A stretch of DNA of 64,000 nucleotides from the human T2T-CHM13v2.0 reference genome, Homo sapiens (GCF_009914755.1 NC_060941.1); one strand, 5' to 3'; counted from the first letter of the stretch, positions 43,517-57,600 are shown. Notes: a model not told the origin generated them from the letters alone. Program-made: numbers and translations.

Positions 43517-45882
43517 TCAGCTCATTAAATTCCAAACAAGTTCTGCTGCCTGGCGTGATTTGGAGAATGTTCTATGTTGGTTTAAGCAATTCTCCTGTGT
43601 GTTGTATTGTCTGTGATTTAAGTGTGGACTCTTATTTGATGTGTTCCCATTTTCCCACCATCCTTGGCAATATGACCTCTTCAGTCACGTTGGTGAGTTG
43701 TCCTTTTTACTTTAGTATGTGTTGCAAGCCCTGCCTGCTGCCTGAGAGTGAGCTGTGTAGCTTTCTGATTTATTCTGCACGCCTTTGTTTATCTCAGCCC
43801 AGCCCAAGACTGTGCATGGTCACGGCACTAATCAGCCAACATCACGCTGCGTTAGGAGCATTAGTCTTTATCAAGAGGACTTTGGGGCATATGTGAGCAT
43901 AGCTCCTGGTTTCTAGTTACATGAAGAAGAAAATGGACATCTTGCATAGGCTCGCTGAATAAGCAGAAATGCTGTGAACGGTCTTCATGATTTGATCATT
44001 AAAGAAACCCTTCACATTGGGATCTGAATATAGTTTTAGAGGCATTTTCCCCCTTCACCTTTTTTTTTTTTTTTTGACCTCTTACCTGTCCTTAACCCTT
44101 GAAGGTCACAGAATGGAGAAGACGGGAGAGAGGAGTGAGGCACTTCTGTAGAAATCCCAGAATGATGGGTCACTGATAGAAATGCCTGGCACCTGACCAA
44201 TGCTCTTGACAACCCTGTGAAGTAGTTCTATTATTAACTCCATTTAACAGATGAAGAAATTGAGACTAACAGAAACAGATTTATTTCCGAGATGAAAATG
44301 GCTATTACATAGCATAGGCAAGATTTGATCCCAGTCCTCAGATTCTAAATTCCATGCCCTTGCCTCATGCCACTTTGTTTCTAAGAACGAATCAAGCCTC
44401 TTAAAAGAGTAGGCTACTGTGTTTCCTTTATGTCTTTAGTTTCTTCCTGTGTAGTACAGGGCCAGGTATATCAGATGTTGACTGGATTAATGATTAAGCA
44501 CCCCACCCTCATACACACACCTAATCCCGTCTCTCCTAGTATCCGGGAAGACTCAAGGGCTAATGGAAGGTACTGTAGAACCGGAGTAGAAAGATGTGTA
44601 GATGTACCCTCAAATATAGTATATCTGGGATATCTCAAGGGTGCCAAAGGTTAGGAGAATTGAGTAAGGAAGAGAAGGGCAGAAGATGAATTTATGCCCC
44701 CTTCTCTATTTCAGCATGGGGTATTATTATTTTGCTTTTTACAGGTGTTCACCATTCATAACAATTTGCCGCTTTCTCCATTGTGCCCAGCCTACTTGAT
44801 GTTTCAGTGGTTGCTTCTTAATCCCACCTCCATATCTTCTTCCATCATGGTTCCCTCCCTGTGACGATGGACCAGGGACCCTCCTTGAGGAAGTTGGGCT
44901 ATTCCAGAGTGTTGTGCCTCTGGCCCTCTGTTTCTCTTTGGGCTTCCACTCTTCCTTCTCATCAGGTAGTCTAATCTGCTCGCTGCCTTTCCCATTATCT
45001 GTTCCACCTCAGATCTGTAGCTCCCTTACCTCGTGGTTTCTGTCCAATCTAAAGCCTGTGCCTAAAAACAGGCAAGAGTCACAAGTCATAGGTCAGAATA
45101 CACCTTCATCCTTGGGGTCACAGTACATTAAAGTCAGGAAAAACATCTGGCTTTTCCTTGGATTTTCTTTAAATAGGCCTTTGACTCTTCATATCTTCAT
45201 GCTGATTTCCCTGAGTTGTGTATTTAATGGTCTAGTCACCTCGTCTCAGACTACTCACTGCCTTGCAGAGGTATGCTTAAGGCCTCAGAACTGACTTTAA
45301 TATTCACGTAAGCCAAATTTAATTATGAGGGAAATTAGTCACAGGAGTCACCTATGTCTGTCAAAAGCAATTATAAGTTTACCAGTAAACTCTTTAAAAT
45401 GTAATCCCTATATATGACATTTCCATTTTATTAATGTAAAGTGATGAGAGCCTGTCAAATTCGATTATAAATATTCTTTATGTTATCTGTCATGTTGAGT
45501 TCTCCGTGGACGTGTTAGCCTTGATTGGGCTTTGACGGAACCTGACTGTACTATGATTTCCTACCATCAGTCGGTGGAGCAGTTTTGTTTTGTGTTTCAG
45601 CAGAATTTTGTTACCAGGCTTTATTACTCTGAGCCAGAGAGTATTCTGTTCTTGAATGAGTCAATTGTGATAAATCTCAGCAAGAGGCTACTATTATTGT
45701 CAAATGGAAAGTGGTCGAACAGGTTCCTGAGAATCAATTAGTTAATAGGCCTTTGTGGAGCACCCCCTAAGCAGTGAGCTTCAGGGGTTTCATAAAATGT
45801 GTAAAATGTGGTTGAAAATAATAATGAAGAAAAAGCTTGGTTTATTCTCCTTTGGCAAATTTACCAGTGAAACAAAATATCA

Positions 45883-46251
<369 letters not shown>

Positions 46252-47079
46252 CTAGGGGTGTCATCATAGGGTGGGGTAGTCACCTTGGTGTAGGCACTAT
46301 TCACGGCCCAGGTGTAGCTCTGATGGCCCTGAAACCTGGTTGTTGTCACTCTGCCTGGTTTGGAAATTTACAGTGAGAAAACTGTCAACTACCTCTTTTT
46401 CTTCCAGCCCTCTCTTAAAATACTTAGATCAGCTAATCATCACATTCACTCCTGCTAGGAAGTTCTCCATGGAAGATGATCTAAATAGTTGCCATGTATT
46501 GAGGTCCTGCTTTGTGGCAGGCTCTTTGTTATGTTTCATTTGGGCCTTACAACAAGTCTCTAGAGGGAGATATTATGTCCATTTTGCAGATAAGGACACT
46601 GAAGCTTAGGATAAGTGATTTGCCCAGCCAAGCCCAAAAGATCAGTGAAGCCTGGAGTCACCCACTTCAGTCTTTGTTCCTTGGCTCCTGAGTTTTCAAT
46701 CCCACCTCAGATTATGGATTCTTATTTGTCTTATTTCGAAAGATGGGTTATCTGAACACATTTGCATCAAAGTTCAATTTCAGAATATGTGAAAACATAT
46801 TTAATTTTTCCAATTTGCCACGTAGGTTTTATTACTTATCTGAGTGAGTTGGAGGGTGAAAGAGGTTCTGGTGACATAATAGAGGAGGTGATGTAGAATT
46901 AATTAGTCCTGACATTCTTGATTCTAATGGGAAAACACAAAAGGCATGACTGCTAATCTCCAGATGTTCACATTTTTAGCATTTCATGTTGACTCTTTGA
47001 TTTTGTGCATGTACCTCCTGGGAGTCTTACCCATTATCATAAAATCTTGTGGCACCAAAGATAAAAATTAGTTTGTGAG

Positions 47080-47380
47080 GGCCAGGTGCAGTGGTTCATG
47101 CCTGTAATCCCAGCACTTTGGGAGGCCGGGGTGGATGGATCACTTGAGGCTAGGAGTTTGAGACCAGCCTGGCCAGTATGGCGAAAACCCATGTCTACTA
47201 AAAATACAAAAATTAGCTGGGCATGGTGGTGCACGCCTGTAATCTCAGCTACTTGGGAAGCCGAGGCATGAGAATCACCTGAACCGGAGAGGCAGAGGTT
47301 GCAGTGAGTCGAGATTGCGCCACTGCACTCCAGCCTAGGTGACAGAGTGAGACCCTGTCTCAAACAAACAAACAAACAAA
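47080..47380 (+). mobile_element. Alu (AluS-like), intron 3
   Basis: Full forward Alu. TSD aaaaatt(a/g)gtttg(t/c)ga. Confidence 0.9.
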
Positions 47381-49134
47381 AATTGGTTTGCGAATTATTT
47401 AGCAAGAAATACACCTAGGGAGAGTGAGACTTGGAGGCTAGGTATTTGCGTAAGACGGTACAACTAGTTAGGTGAAATATTTCTGTAAACTCACATTGAG
47501 CTAGAAGCACTTTTCCTTTTAGGATTTCGCCCGTTAAAAATTCATTATAATAATCCATCAAGCTAAATGGCATGTTATTCAACTTTCCAACTTTGTCTCA
47601 CCAAACTGTACAGATTCATCTTAATATGTTTTGGATTTTGTTTTTATTTTTCTTTGCCTTAAAGGTTTTCCCTGTGTTTCACACAGCTGCATGTTTCTAT
47701 ATTTTCTGATTATTTCTTGGTCACAGTGCCTTAAAACTATAGCGTTTTAAGTATAACTTAAACGCTATATGCTGCCGCTTTATGTATTGCCATTAAAGAG
47801 AGACTAAAAATACAAAGCATGGCATGAAGTCCATTTTCAGGGCTTCTATTCTGCAGAGATGATTATACCTATCCTGGTCATGCTATGGTTTCTATGACCT
47901 TTCTAATTTGAGGTGGTAGCATGGAAACTAAAGATTTAATTTTGTTTTTAGTTTACTTTTAGAAATCTACTTCCTGCATGCAGTTCTTCAGTATTGGTTC
48001 ATTCTTTCTTAGTCAAGTTTCTGCTCATGTTGCTTTATTGCAAATGTGTTTTTCAAGGGAACTGATGTTCCTCAGACCATCTTCTTAACTGTATAACACC
48101 CCATCCTCCAGGAAACTTTTCTTTTGACTTTACCAAAGGGGTGCCTTATGTATTCCTGATTTTGTGCTTCATTTTCTGTCAGTTACTCTTTGATTGCCTT
48201 CCTTGGATTTTCGTTGGCCCGTATAGTAGGTGAACCCCAGTGTTTCAGCCCTTCCTCTTCTCTTCTCATTGTAGGCAGCCTTGATGACTCACTTTTGGCC
48301 CTTCACTCTCTTGAACTATAGCTGTGTGTGTCCAGCTCACTGCTAAACACCTACTTAAATGCCCCTTATCTTTTGAACTCAAAATATCTAAATTTCAGCC
48401 CATCATTTTTACACCTAGACCAGCCATACCACCCCCTCTTCCAAATTTCCGTCACAGGGGTCCTCATGCAGAATGAGAGTCACTTAACTTTCAGTCATCT
48501 TCCTTTTTTGACCAGCACTGTCATTCAAAGTTCTTCCTTCATAATGGTGTCATGACTCCTCCTTTTCTTGTACCCACATCATCTTAGTTTAGGCCTTTTC
48601 TATATCATGCCTGAAATAGTGCATTGCTACTGGATCTTTCTATCATTCCAGGTTTCTTCTCCCTCCGCTTGCCTTTGCAGAGTGCTGCCTGACAACCTAT
48701 CCAGAATATTACTTTGCACACATTAACCTTTTCCTCAATTTCAGGGTACAGGTGTGATGGTGACAAACTAACAGAGACCCTCCATAACTTCATAGTGCCT
48801 TCAAGATAATATCCACACCCTTTGCATGCCACACAAACTTCTCTACAACCTGGACGGACTTTATCCACCCTATCTTTCCAGTGTCCCCAATTTACCTATA
48901 TCAGGATGCCTCTACTAGAGACAGACCAGAATACTTATCTCCCCCTTCATAACTTACCCATTTTTCCACATTTATATATTTTTCATACAATTTATCTGTC
49001 TAGAATATAGCTCTATACTCATTTTTACTGTTCTTAGCCATTTTGCAAAGCCCAGCTTCCAGTTAGCCTTTTCCAAAAGTCTTGTAAGACCACCTAGCCC
49101 TAAATAATCACTCTTGCCTATAAGGGCCTATAGC

Positions 49135-49270
49135 TGGGGTGACTGTGTAATTTATCATCCAAACCAGGACATTTTTGAAAGTGAAAGGGTGTGTCATCAT
49201 TAATAAACAGGACATTGGGAATATACCTGTGCTACCCTGGGTAAACTGGGACAGATATTATTCCATCCAT
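49135..49270. mobile_element. MER94-like hAT-Blackjack element
   Basis: gggtgactgtgtaatttatcatccaaaccaggacatttttgaaagtgaaaggg...aaactgggaca. Confidence 0.7.
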
Positions 49271-49571
49271 AGCTCATATGTTTGGCCTGCACGTCCCTTC
49301 AGCATTTAGCATTTAGTACTCTGCATTGGTGTTAATGCCCTTCTGGATGTGCTGGGACTCCTCAATAAGTCTGTCCTCCAGACTGTTACATTATGCTCAT
49401 ACTTCCACATATCCCCAGAACCTAACATTTTGCCATATATTTTAGTAGATACTAAATTATGTTTGTTAATTAGGATGCTGATGGAACCCATTATTTAGCA
49501 GTTTTTCCCTTACATTTTTAGGAGGTGGTTTTGCCAGATAAATATAATGTTTAATTTTTTTTCTAATTTAG

Positions 49572-49721
49572 CTTATTGACATGTGTGTGCAGAACTGTGG
49601 TCCAAGTTTCCAGTCTCTGATTGTGAAGAAGGAATTTGTTAAAGAGAATTTAGTTAAGCTACTGAATCCCAGATACAACTTGCCATTAGACATTCAGAAT
49701 AGAATCTTGAATTTCATTAAG
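49572..49721 (+). CDS. TOM1L1: TOM1L1 exon 4, VHS domain ([16 protein letters not shown]...QNRILNFIK)
   Basis: Acceptor ttctaatttag|, donor AAG|GTAAGT, 150 nt, phase 0-0. VHS motif CVQNCG. Confidence 0.96.
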
Positions 49722-50289
49722 GTAAGTCTGTTGTATACCTCATGGGATGGTAAATTTCTAAGATTAGGGATTTAATAGCTTACCTCCTGATTGTTTCACT
49801 TATCTTTTATATATCTAGGATTGAGCTAGAAAAGCATTTTTGCTATTTTAGTTTCTGTGTAATAATAATTTTTTGGCATTGGATGGTGCCCTTTTTCTGA
49901 AGAATTTGTAGTCATTTCCCTGCTTTCCTCTCAGTTTCTATTTTATCTGTGTCAAATAGGAAAGACAGTGATCTGTGTGTTCACTTTGCAGGTAGGGAAA
50001 CTTCCAGCTAACTGACTAGTTCAAGGTTACTTGGAAAAAGAGCTACTGATGTTATTTTAGAATCTATTAATTTTGGATTCAGAGCAGCAAAAAACAATTG
50101 ATAGTATATATCCTAGGGTTTCTTCAAGATTTTGAGGCATGGAAATCTGATTTAAAAGATTTTATATTTTCCTAGCCTTTGAAAATGAGCATTTTGCCCA
50201 TGGCATTCAAAAGTAGCTTTCTCTTTCTGAGTGGGGTACATAATTATTGATCTCTTATTTTCTATCAGGAGCTTAAGAATTGTGTTTTC

Positions 50290-50590
50290 GGCTGGGTGCG
50301 GTGGCTCACGCCTGTAATCCTAGCACTTTGGGAGGCCGAGGTGGGCAGATCACAAGGTCAGGAGTTCGAGAGCAGCCTGGCCAACATAGTGAAACCCCGT
50401 CTCTACTAAAAAATACAAAAAGTAAGCCAGGCGTGGTGGCGGGCGCCTGTAATCCCAGCTACTCAGGAGGCTGAGGCAGGAGAATCGCTTGAACCCAGGA
50501 GGCGGAGATTGCAATGAGCAGAGATTGTGCCATTGCACTCCAGCCCGGGCAATAGTGTGAGACTCTGTCTCAAAAAAAAAAAAAAAAAAA
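50290..50590 (+). mobile_element. Alu (AluSg-like), intron 4, ~65 nt before exon 5
   Basis: atcacaaggtcaggagttcgag. TSD aagaattgtgtttt at 50275-50288 and 50591-50604. Confidence 0.9.
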
Positions 50591-50654
50591 AAGAATTGTG
50601 TTTTGGTTTTGTTGCTGTTTTAACTCTGGAACTTTTTTCATCTCTTGAATTCAG

Positions 50655-50780
50655 ACTTGGTCACAGGGCTTCCCAGGAGGTGTGGATGTAAGCGAAGTCA
50701 AAGAAGTATACCTCGACCTGGTTAAGAAAGGCGTTCAGTTTCCTCCCTCAGAAGCAGAGGCTGAAACAGCAAGACAAGAG
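50655..50780 (+). CDS. TOM1L1: TOM1L1 exon 5, end of VHS domain ([42 protein letters not shown])
   Basis: Acceptor tctcttgaattcag|, donor GAG|GTAGGA, 126 nt, phase 0-0. Y..L..KGV.FP motif. Confidence 0.96.
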
Positions 50781-51545
50781 GTAGGAGGCCTTTCTTTGAC
50801 CCATGGAGACTATAGTAGTGTATCACTTGGGTCTTTTCTCATTACAGGAGACAACCCTAAATCCACCCAGCTTAAGCAAAAAGATGAAGTTATTAGAAGG
50901 ATATTGCAATATCTCACAGAATAACCGAGACTTGGGATTTTGCTACTTAAAGTGTGTTTTGCTACTAAAAGTATGAAAGTTTGTTTGGCATGTTCCACCC
51001 TAGACTAATCAGAACCTCCCTTTTTACAAGATTTCCAGGTGTTTTCTCTGCACATTAATGTTGAGAAGCACTGGCCTAGAGCCTTGAGCTTTCACCTCTC
51101 CACCCAAGGTTGGAGATGTGGCATTGACCCAAGGAGGGTCATTGATGGAGAAGGAGATGCCTTGTCAGCTGTGGCTTAAAAAGACTTGACATGAATTGAG
51201 CTACCATTTGTTATTAACAACCCAAAGAGAAGGCATCAATAATCTCACATGGCAGTTTATCACTTAGACCCTTGGTTAAAAAAAAAAAAAAAAGGGCATT
51301 TTATTAAATTGTAAATGATAATCCTAATAGCCACCTTTTGTTGAATACCTGCTTTATTATGGGCATGTCATTTGCTTAGCATTCTTCACAAAATGCTGGA
51401 CGGGTTGTGTAGCTGATGATTTACTCTGGGCAGATACCCTGTACACAGGACTTTGAGAGTGCTTGAGTTAGCTGAATGGAAAAAACTTGGCGTTGGGTGG
51501 CTATGTTAATTCACATAATAATATTACCATGTTTCATACTCATAG

Positions 51546-51650
51546 ACTGCTCAAATCTCATCAAATCCTCCAACATCTGTCCCTACTGCACCAGCTCTTT
51601 CTTCTGTAATTGCTCCAAAGAACTCGACTGTTACATTGGTCCCAGAACAG
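51546..51650 (+). CDS. TOM1L1: TOM1L1 exon 6, VHS-GAT linker with PTAP motif (TAQISSNPPTSVPTAPALSSVIAPKNSTVTLVPEQ)
   Basis: Acceptor tcatactcatag|, donor CAG|GTAACA, 105 nt, phase 0-0. PTAP encoded at 51582-51593. Confidence 0.93.
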
Positions 51651-52652
51651 GTAACAACAACAATCATTGCATTTAATTGATGTCTTTTCCTGATTTGTAA
51701 GCACCTTATATACAGTTTGTCTTTTCTGGTTAACAACATTGAGATGTAGGTACACTCATTTCACAGAGGAAGAGACTGAGGCTTAGTAATACTATGTGAC
51801 TTACCATAGTTCAGTTCCAAGAAGGAGTAATCCCATGGGTTCTGTCTGCTTCCAAAGCCCAACTTTGTAAGAGTTGTGCTTGCCTAGCGGCTTTCATGGC
51901 TTTCTGGAGCCTTGACTGTGGACTGGATCTAGGGTCCATCAGCTAATTCCTGTTACTTCTGGTAGGACTGTCACATATTTCAGAGAGTTTAGTAAATGGT
52001 AGTCTTATTACTTGTATTTATTATGCCAACTGAATTGTATTTACTTCTTTGTGTATATCAGTTTATCCAAGGTACCGATAAACAATTATTATATGAGGCT
52101 AATTTCCGTTCTGCTGTAAAGGAACTATAATTGAAGATTTTGTTGTATTATTTTTTTCTTATATAAAAATGCATGTGACTAATTCCTCTTAGAATTTAAT
52201 ACAGGAAGAAAAGGTGTTTCTTTATTCCTTCTTCTTTAATACCATGAGAACTGGATAACCCTCATTTGTTTTTCTTTTACCCTATTGGTTGCCAAGAAAC
52301 TCAGGATAACTTTTGCCATTTTATCCAGGTTTCTGGTACCTTCTTCTGCTAGGTACCTGGTACTTCTCCCCTCTCCATATTGGGTTCTAATCTTTTTTTT
52401 TCCTTTCATTTTTAAAATTCCTAAAGCATATTTTGGGGTTTATTACAAGAGATCTCAAGTCCTTTTAGAAGGTGACAAGGTATACATTTGTAAAATAACT
52501 ATATGTATATTTATATGAAATTAAATTTAAGTTTGAAAATATTAAATTTTGCAAAAGCATTTTTTCATCCAGCAAATGTCCCATGGGGGCAGGAAACAAG
52601 GTAGTTATTCTTTGTGTGTCGCACTGACTGGTGATTGTGTTGCTCTCTACAG

Positions 52653-52769
52653 ATTGGAAAACTGCACAGTGAATTGGATATGGTGAAAATGAATGTGCGA
52701 GTGATGTCCGCCATATTGATGGAGAATACTCCTGGGTCTGAAAACCATGAAGACATAGAGCTTCTGCAG
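52653..52769 (+). CDS. TOM1L1: TOM1L1 exon 7, start of GAT domain ([39 protein letters not shown])
   Basis: Acceptor tgctctctacag|, donor CAG|GTGTTG, 117 nt, phase 0-0. Cumulative 720 nt = 240 codons. No further exon recognised before the window end. Confidence 0.95.
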
Positions 52770-53699
52770 GTGTTGTACGATTTCAGGGACTATCAGTCAA
52801 AGTGTCTCTTAAAGTTATTCTCTAAACTTTGAGTTTGGAGATGGAAGACACCTTAATATTGTCTAGTACATCCTCCTACATCCTGATTTCAATTGATTTC
52901 TAAACTTAACAAAAATATCCAAGAATGACTTTGTCAGAAATGCAGTAGTAACTTAGACATGGTTTTTAGCCTCTTGCAACAAATAATTTATTATAAGTTA
53001 TAACCTTGGTCATGTACAATCAATTCTCTAGTTGTTTTAAGTATGTAAAAATTGCCTCTATTTTCATCCACTCAACAAACATTGAGTAACTGTGATATAG
53101 GAAGGGATGTAGAAATGAGAAGGAGGCTATTCTAGTCCTTAAGAGTTTATGCCTAATGAGCAAGATTGGTTTGTAAACAACAAACATAATGAAGTATTAT
53201 AGATACTGTAGTATAAATTTGTTCAGTATATGGTGGGATCATGGGTGGGGAGAAGGAGAGATGTGAGGTTTTTAAGAATGGTCTAGATGGAGGCAATGCT
53301 CGAGCTATAGAGGAACAAGTAGACAGGGCATTTAGACCTGCATGAGTAGTTCTACAGCCCTCCTATGCCTTCTGCTATGTCTGTGTATACATATACTTTA
53401 TTTTTCCCTCTACCAGTTTGCTCTTCTAATTATTTTAAATTTTAAAACTTATTAATTTTAGAAGCAGTTAGAAAAAAAAATCAGTTTCTAGTTTCTAAGT
53501 CCCTTTGTTGCCAAGTTAAGAAGCTTAAGATATTTTTACTTTTCTCAGATTCCCACTCGCCACCTCTCATGTTATTTTTCCTTTAACTTCTTAGATTGTT
53601 AGTAAATAACTTTTTCCTTGCTCATTTCTTATTTGGGAAACAAAAAAATTGTAAAAATTTTCCCAACAATGTTTCTTAGATATCACTGCTGTCGTGAAT

Positions 53700-54600
53700 A
53701 GTTTGTTTTTTCCTTGCTGCAGTACACCCATGTTGGTAAACTTTGGTGCAAACTTTGAGTGCTTGCATATCCAAAAATGTCCTCTGATTGTCATGTTAAA
53801 TGCAGGTTAGTTTAGCTAGATATAAAATTCTAGGCACAAAATTCTAGGCCTTTGAAGATACTGCTTCACTGTTCTCTTACACCCACTAATGCTGATAGAA
53901 GTATTATATTATTCTGCTTCTTAATCCTTTGATTAATAATATTTTTTTCTAGTTGCATTTGTTATTTTTCTACGTTAATATTTCAGAAATTGTACTGTTC
54001 CCTCTGAAGAGATATATGTACATGTGTGCAGATGTTTGTTTAACTTACTTATCTTCCTTAGTAGATGATAGGCTTTTTTGCCTTATCAACTTATGTGTAT
54101 TTTTAATTCTAGGAATTCTCAGCTCCTACTTTAAATATTGACTTTCTACCATTCTTTCTATTCTCTTCTTATGGAACTTTAAGACGATGAAACTTCCAGT
54201 TGGATTCATTTGTCTCTTAACATTTCTTTTATACTTTTCATTTCTTCATTCTAAGTTCTGGGATAATTTCTCTGTTTAATGTATTTCTCTAAAACTTGTA
54301 ATTGAGTTGCTTATTCAGTCCTTCTAATAAATGTTTCAACAATTTCTTTCTATTAAAAATATGTACTTTAAACATATTTACTATATACAAATATGTACAT
54401 AATTTTAAAATATTTTTAAAATACGTTGGATTTTTATAACAGTTCTTTCATTTCATGGTTCTGCTTTTCTTTATCTTTCCAAGGATAATAATTATATTTA
54501 ACGCTGCTTTTTTGTTTGTTCTGTGGACTCTCCTTTGCAAATTTTTTGTTCATTTTTTAATTTGCATTCTCCAGTGTTCAGCTGGATTGCTGATAGTGAG
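53700..54600 (-). mobile_element. Ancient L1/HAL1 fragment (ORF1-region-like), antisense
   Basis: T-rich degenerate text (tagtttagctagatataaaattctagg...tttgaagatactgcttcactg) typical of old antisense L1. Confidence 0.5.
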
Positions 54601-57600
54601 CTCATTTTTGTGTGAGACTCTCTGCCAGCTGGTCTGCATTCTCTGCTGACCCAGCTCACCCATGCTGAAGGGAGGATGTAATTGCTACTGCTGTGCTTGA
54701 TAATATTTTCAGAGTATGGTATAGCAACATGGGATGATGCTGTTTGGGATCCATTTATGGATGGTCTTCTGGATTATGTATTCTCTATTTTTTTCCTGAA
54801 TGCTACTAGTGCCTAGAAATAATACCCTATCCCTCTGTCCCAATCATTGTTTCCACCTGGAAACATTACTCCTTTCTCAGCTATCTGGTCTCAAATGAGA
54901 GAAGGGGCATGAGCAGGGGTTGTCTTTCCTGGTTATTTCACTGCCGTACCTCAACCAATCTGTTAGAGCCCCTTGTGCTTCTTGGCTTCTGGCTTTTAGG
55001 CATGGAGCACCCTTCATATTCCTTCCATGTTCTAGGCAGTACTCACTGTGGGCAACCTTGAATGTCCTGAATTGTGCTGTCCTCTAATTTAAGAGTTAGC
55101 AAACTGTGGCCTATGGGCCAAATCTGGGCCTTGCTCTCTTTTATGCTGTCTCCAGGCTCAGAAGGCTTTTTAAAGGGTTGTTTAAAAAATAATAAAAACA
55201 AACAAAACAGCTAGAGGTCATTTCTCCTATATCCATGCAAACCTATACCCAGAGACCCCTGGGAACTCAGATATTCCTCTTAAGGAACTCATTGCCATGC
55301 CCCACCCCACTGTTAATGGATATGAGTTTGTGGTATCGCTCAGGTGTGTAGGGATGAGAAGAGGATTTAAACCACAACGTGGGAGTATAAAATTCCAGGT
55401 GAGGTAAGAGCTGACCTGTACAAGTAATGGAGTATCATGCCATGCCAAAGAGTGGGCTTAACCAGACTGGCAGAGGGGAGCTGTTGAAAGGATATAAGCT
55501 GAGGGGCTACATAACCAGGTCAGATTTTAGAAAAATCCTCTGGTGGTGTTGTGATGACAGATTCTCAGGAAGCAAGACAAGACTCTAGAAAACAACTTAA
55601 GAGAGTATTTCTCATTGGTTGTATGCTGTGTTCTGTGGGTAGAAAGTGGCATCTTTGGTCAAATAAGTTTGTAAAACCAATTGTCTACTGTATTTCTCCT
55701 CTTGGAGATGCATAAAGTTCACTGATACAGCTAAGAGTCTTTGTTTAACCCAACATTTATAAACTTATTTATCCAAAGAATCCCAATTTGCCAAATATCT
55801 GCTAATATTCTGCAGAACATCAGGGTAGTATACCTTGAGAAATGAATCAGTATTTTGGATCCGTGGCTTTAAGTATATTATTTTTGGAATATCTTAGAAT
55901 TGTAACATTTTGCTAAGGATCCTTGGGGTTCTTGACCTTAGGCAAGTCATTTACTATCACTGGACTTAGTTTATGTATAAAATGAAGAGCTTAGATGACA
56001 GTAAGCAAGAGTAATATTAAATATATCCTCTTTATGTGGGATGTAAAAAGGAAAATTCATCATTAAATAGATTTCAAAGGTAGTAGTCCACAATGGCGGC
56101 TTTTCCAGATATAAACTTTTTAACTTATGATGTTAACACGTGTGTTAAACTAAAATTGAAAAATTAAATATCAAAGTAAACGGATATGTGGCAGATAATA
56201 TTTTTTAAATAGCCACAGCAATATTTCTAGTTCCACCTGGTCTTCCTGGGCCTTTCAGAGCTCTAAAATGAAATGATTTATGACTTTTTCTCTCATATTC
56301 TCATCCATCTGTGGCAAACAATCCTTCAGTAAAAACACACTGAAACATTTCATTTAAATATGTGAATCCAGTTTTATATTTTATTCCAATCTGAAGTGCT
56401 TTGTCTCAGGGTGTTTGGGTGCAGATGTTTGGTTGAATTTTTCAAGGATAATGCTAATTTGTTGGTTGCTGTTTTAATGCCAGAGCTCAGGGCTGTGTTT
56501 TGCCTTGAATAGTAAAGAGTCTTAGGTTATAAATCAACATGAGAATACTACTCATGGCCAAATTCAAATTGAATAGGTTCTGGCAGGGGATCAACTTGTT
56601 TATAGAGACTGTTGAATGTGGAATGTTATTTTTCTTTGTATACTTTTTGTTAGTGACATATAAAGATCTGGTGTGGGGAGTGCTATTCTTAATTTCTTTT
56701 GACAAATAATTTTTTTTTTACATCTAAATAACTCCACTATGGTTGATCTGAAATAAATCAATTAAGTCTTCTATGGAGAAAAAGGACAAGAAGCATATCT
56801 GATTTAAGAATTTCAGAATGAAGTCAGCAAAGATAGACTGTGGGGAAATAGAGAATTCTTTTTTTGGTGTTTTTGGTTTTGGTTTTTTATTGATTTATTT
56901 ATTTATTTATTTATTTTATTTATTCATTTTTTCCCCCTCTAACCCTATGTCATAAACAAAGAATTCTTTAGGGTGTATTTTTTCAAAGGTTTCTCATACC
57001 CATCTGAAGGAGTCACGTCAATACAGTTAGAACGCCCAGATAATACTGGCTCCCTGGTTGGCTGCCCCCTTATAACTGCAGGGGCTTTTGGAGGCTTCAG
57101 CATAAGCCTAGGGAGTCATCAGCAGGGTGGCACCCACCTTGGGGGTCAGTGAGGGCCCACGGGCATACTCTGATGGAAGGAGTACAACTGTAAAGAAGGA
57201 ATAAAAGTATCTGAAATCAGCTATATGAATTGTAAAACAGGCATTTTTCTCCCCAAACCAACCAATATTCACAATTTTTTTTTAGCTTGCCAAAATTTAC
57301 ATCCTCTTTCTTCCCCAAATCCCATTGAAATGACAGAAGAAATATGAAAATAAAAATAAACCCCAAGGATTACAGAAAAGGCTAAACTGACCATCAGGCC
57401 TCCAGAACAGTGAGACTATTCAGTGCCTGATAAAGCAGGTGGGATCAGACCAGCTCAGAGCTCACAGCCCCACCCAGGTGAAAGAGACCCCTCCAAAGGA
57501 CTTTTCCCAGAAGCAACCCATACTAACCTCAAAATCAGAGCAAGAATGAATAGGCCTTGGGCACTCACATGGTAAGGAAAACAACTGTCCTCTGTCCTCT

